DNA of 10,250 nucleotides from Azolla caroliniana (taxonomy: Eukaryota; Plantae; Polypodiophyta). Within the stretch, counting starts at the first letter, position 1, and each line of letters starts with the position of its first letter. The stretch lies in contig JBHGNT010001287.1 of NCBI GenBank assembly GCA_043228905.1, positions 1 through 10,250 on the forward strand. Reading direction: 5' to 3'. Of this stretch, positions 8,236-10,250 are shown piece by piece. The notes under the pieces were generated by a model, which saw only the letters and a program-made list of their open reading frames with translations, had not been told where the DNA came from and did not search any database. The position numbers were made by a program, and so were the translations under genes.

Positions 8236-8516
8236 GTTTACATATGTGCACGAGGTCAATACCTCGTTTGACATATTGATAATATGTGATGAGTGTCGTA
8301 TGCGTACGAGGTTAATACCTCAATTACGTATTACGTTCACGAACATATGTTACGTTTGCGTATGAGTTTAATACCTTGATTTGTTGTAAACGATATGCGT
8401 TTGGTCTCGTATGCGTAAGAGGTCAATACCTCCATTGCGTATTACGATGATCTCTTATTTGTGGATGTTTCGTGTGCGTAGAGGTATATACCTCGATTAC
8501 GTATCTCGATCACATC
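8236..8516 (+). repeat. Array of five stem-loops with a conserved GAGGT-NNAT-ACCTC apex in the retrotransposon leader
   Basis: Cores at 8252, 8308, 8364 (degenerate), 8419 and 8481, spaced 56, 56, 55 and 62 nt. Each has self-complementary flanks. Confidence 0.85.
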
Positions 8517-9681
8517 ATTTGTGGCTATTTAATATAACGATATGTTTAATATACGCATATGTGGTCACATATATACGTATTTGATCGTATATATGTGATA
8601 AGTAAACATATGTGTATATTCGTTATTACGTGATTATATCGAAAGTTGTCCTTGTCGGGAAAAGGATGTTGGTGGCCGTCCTCACATTTTTGTGAGAATG
8701 GCGTTGTCACCATCCCTTTTTCAACATTTTTTTATTGTTGATAACCCCATTGACGACCTCGATTTCGTTACGTAAAGAAACGCGAATAGCCAAAATGATG
8801 TTGAGTACGTAGGGCTTGACCCACTTCAAGTGAGGTCGCTCCAATGACGCACGTATCCAACATCCCTCCCTCGTTACATGGATACGATGCCACCATGAGC
8901 TCGTTCTTACGAGAGGCATTCGTAATGACGTGACCCTGTGATGGCCCACGTGAGCCTACTACGAAACGAGGGCTCATTTGGCTTGACCATTAGGTTGCCC
9001 TTTGGCATATGCCATCGTAATTACGAGACTTGAGGTTAGGTAACGTACCAACATAGTTTTGGTAAATGAGGGCGAAATAAGGACCTTGACATATATGTTC
9101 TTTTAAAAAAACATATATGATCAATTGCCTCGCATATCTCTTATACGCATCAAACATTAAGCATTCGAGAAGAGCAACTTACTTGGTTGGCTCAAGTGTT
9201 TAATGTATTTGTTCTCGAGGTCTCGAGTTCAAATATGACCAAGACCATACAACATCCTTGATACATATAACTATAACACATGTTTAGACTTAAGGTCTAA
9301 GTGCACCTCGGGGTCCTCGTAATAGGACTTAAAGAGCCGAAACCACTTATGTGGGCACCGAAACATAGTTTATTGTTAACATTTTTTTCGTGTATAAACT
9401 ATTCATGACGCGAACATACATGGTTGAGCCTCGGGGAGCCACCATGAAAAAATCGATATAGAGATCAGGGAAAGACATTTATTTGTCACCCCCATGGTTT
9501 TTAAAACACCTTTGTGTTACCATAGTAACCTGATCTTGAACCTCATCTCATACGTCTAGAGGGGTATTGACGTGAGATAATGATATCGATTAATGCTCGC
9601 CCATGATATGTTTACATCACGACATGATGTTATGACTATATCTCTGACCTTATCCTATTTCTTTTCCAGAAATAATCTTTA

Positions 9682-10250
9682 ATGGCTCAAATTAACGACC
9701 CGATGTCATCCGCTTAAGCAGAAGGAACTCAAGGGAATCCTCCTGGACAAATGTCCACTGAGATGTATTTGGCACAAATAACCCAATTCCTTAGTTTCAC
9801 CGCTCAACAGATGACCGAACTTCGACAATCTCAGAGTGCTCTTGAGGCACGTGTCATTAGTCTACAACGTGAGACTAATAGACCTGATGAGCGACAAGGT
9901 GAACCATCATTTGTCGTTAAGCCATTTACGGGAGACAAAAAGGAAAGAACCGAAGAAGCAATCTGCACATGGTTGGGACGATAGGAGTCTCATTTTGAGC
10001 TCTATCCCACGCCAGATAGTACGAAGATTGCATATGTCGGCCGAGAACTCGGGGGTAAGGCCGCCGCCTGGTGGCGTGGCCTCCGTACTATGGGGAAATT
10101 GCCTGATACCTAGACAGATTTTGTCACGGTTTTTAAGGGCCAATTTCTGCAACCTCCCTCTCGAACCGAGGCAGCACAAGCTTTAATGAACCTCTCTAGC
10201 AGGAAATTTTCCTCGCTAGAGGACTATGTTCACCATGATAGAACCCAAAT
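9682..10250 (+). pseudogene. gag: Ty3/gypsy-type gag (capsid) with nonsense mutations, running off the window end
   Basis: Single frame from ATG 9682: MAQINDPMSSA*AEG..KPFTGDKKERTEEAICTWLGR*ESHFELY..KIAYVGRELGGKAAAWWRGL..LPDT*TDFVTVFKGQFL..LEDYV, a typical retrotransposon gag pattern. Stops at 9715, 9982 and 10111. Confidence 0.88.

Noticed and set aside
8252-8494. CRISPR-like repeat/spacer pattern (palindromic 14-mer every ~56 nt)
   Set aside because: The repeat is too short, the intervening sequences are related to each other and self-complementary, there are no cas genes, and the context is a eukaryotic retrotransposon.
7755-8977. Short ORFs in the LTR and leader (7755-7976, 8707-8949, 8768-8977)
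   Set aside because: They are short, have no motifs, and overlap sequence better explained as LTR and structured RNA.

Overview
Eukaryotic, transposon-dense DNA with no bacterial operon or CRISPR array. It most likely comes from a land plant, probably a moss or other non-seed plant; this is inferred from GT-AG introns, a tRNA-iMet primer binding site (PBS) and the element types. There are three blocks. (1) 1-4994 is AT-rich. It holds a spliced, degenerate + strand gene (coiled coil, RING-H2 finger, acidic tandem repeats, basic tail). Facing it tail-to-tail is the C-terminal part of a probable DNA-transposon transposase (Sola-like, - strand). Several tandem arrays lie between and within these genes, and the palindrome TAGTACTA is strongly enriched. 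(2) 4995-7538 is a degenerate - strand Ty3/gypsy fragment: gag C-terminus with a CCHC knuckle, a DUF4100-like region, aspartic protease and the start of RT. It has a candidate -1 frameshift signal located after the protease. (3) 7539-10250 is the 5' end of a second, + strand Ty3/gypsy-type element inserted into the gag of block 2. It comprises an LTR, a PBS, a ~1.7 kb hairpin-rich leader and a gag carrying nonsense mutations. The leader contains five regularly spaced stem-loops sharing a GAGGT-NNAT-ACCTC apex. All family assignments come from motif recognition; no database search was run.
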